From Lytechinus pictus (taxonomy: Eukaryota), in contig NC_087263.1 in the NCBI RefSeq assembly GCF_037042905.1, positions 9,734,001 to 9,798,000 on the forward strand: a stretch of DNA of 64,000 nt. Direction: 5' to 3'. Position numbers and translations under genes: made by a program. The notes under the pieces are model-generated. The model did no database searches, was not told the DNA's origin, and saw only the letters and a list, made by a program, of their open reading frames with translations. Shown piece by piece: positions 62,365-64,000 of the stretch. Each line of letters opens with the position of its first letter. The stretch's first letter is position 1.

Positions 62365-64000
62365 AGATTGAATATCTGCACTTTATTTTTGATTGCTTTG
62401 ATATTCAAGTATAATATATTGTCAAATTGTATTTAATGTTTGATGTTGCGGATTAAAGATTTGTGTAGACAAGTAAAAAGTCTATACTCTAATTGGTTAC
62501 GATAAAGGGATCTCGAAATATTTGGATCTGTAAAGATATAGTTTTGGTTATGTAAACGTCAAAACTAGATTTTCTCTTGTTTACATTGCATTTAGAAATA
62601 TACGGAAACTATTTTGTAACTACATTTTCGATTTGACGTGCATGAATTTTGTTCAGAATAATGTTATTTGAGAATAAGATATTTTGTAGATGGCTTATAA
62701 AAGGCTTGCTTATAAAGTTTATTCAATCTAAGATCTGTAAGTGTTCATAAAAACTGATCGCGTTCTAATCTCAAAATATTTTTCGCTTCCATGTACTTTT
62801 TTTTCCCGTCATACTCAGATGTGTACATACTACATAGTGCGAATCTTTGATTTTGAAGAAAATTGGTACTAGTGTTTGTTTTAGATGAAATATAAGTGTA
62901 AACATTCGCAAGACCTGCGAAAATTTATTCATACAGAAACCTAGCTGTAAATACATTTTCGATTCAAGATTCCGCTGAAAATTAATTTAATTTCCATCAT
63001 GTATATCAATTATACCAAATATATGTGTCATGCACGGATTGCACGAAAATCAACATTATTTGGGAATTGCTCACATTCTTGTTTTGTTTCCTGAATAGAG
63101 AAATATACCTTTTTCCATTATTCATAATATATTTGCTTGAAAACTTGAGTCAAAATTATCTTTCGATAATTTATAATCATAACCAATTATCAGGTCTCAG
63201 TCTGTATTTACTAATTTCCATTAATTTCCATTCATTGTTTTTGCTCATACACAGATTTGTACATAGTGTGAAGCTTTTATTCTTTGTTTAGAAGACATTT
63301 CATTTGTTCATTGTTTTAGAGAAAATTATGGTGTGAACATTTACAAAAGCTGCGAAAAATTTGTAGTTTTCATATGTGATATGTATGCTAAGAATACTTA
63401 ACTCTACTCACGTAGGTTGTGCAGAATTAGAGGAGCAACGTTATGAATAAGGGCCTAGGAAAGTTTTTTTTACCGGGGGTGCTGATGTAGATTTTAAAAG
63501 CAAAAAAAGTTTCAATTTAAAATGGAGGGTATTTTGGTTTCCACTGAGAAAGTTGAAATCCTCCCCACCCCCAAAAAGGGGGATTTCACCACAAAATATA
63601 GGTCATTTGTTACATTTCGCCATGTTTTAATTTGGGATGCTTCAGCCCCTCCAACACACCTGCTTACCAGGGCCATGACTAAAATAACACATAATTAAGA
63701 TCAATCAATATTTAGTGATGGTTTACTAATTAAACAGTTATATATGTGCAGGGACACGAACAATTCCCTGGTTTGTGTAAAAAAAGACTTAAACTTCCTT
63801 CAGGGAGTGGTCTGTCAATGTGAGCGGAATATTATATATTTATTATTAATACACATATATGTATGTATATTGAATATGTGAACGTTATTTTCGATTGCTT
63901 CGATATTCAAGTAATATATTGTCAGATTGTATGTAATGTTTGAGGTTGCGGATTAAAGAATTTGTAAACTAGTACATAGTCTTTACTCAAATTGGTTACG
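62365..64000 (+). repeat. Diverged direct repeat (62365-62500 vs 63870-64000) within a degenerate AT-rich repeat region
   Basis: Shared gatattcaagt..aatatattgtca..ttgcggattaaaga..aattggttacg, ~1.5 kb apart. Confidence 0.7.

Overview
AT-rich eukaryotic DNA, most likely sea urchin (inferred from the tRNA-derived SURF-like SINE, CR1/L2-group LINEs and the MITE types; not verified). About two thirds of the window is transposon debris, arranged in three nested stacks whose insertion order can be read from target-site duplications (2.4-14.6 kb, 20.7-24.5 kb, 29-42 kb). The one host gene is on the + strand at ~45.9-60.5 kb. It has a giant ankyrin-repeat exon ending in a ~30-copy 117-bp ankyrin-derived tandem array, then a duplicated pair of small linker exons, then a last exon encoding a hydrophobic helix, two Ig-like domains, a Ser/Thr stalk and a GPI-like tail. 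Splice phases join the linker exons to the Ig exon in frame, which predicts a cytoplasmic-ankyrin / extracellular-Ig membrane protein. A LINE has interrupted the ankyrin exon, and its ORF1 landed in frame, giving an unbroken 700-aa ankyrin::ORF1p chimera while the rest of that exon and the LINE ORF2 are decaying. No CRISPR array, rRNA or genuine tRNA gene was found.
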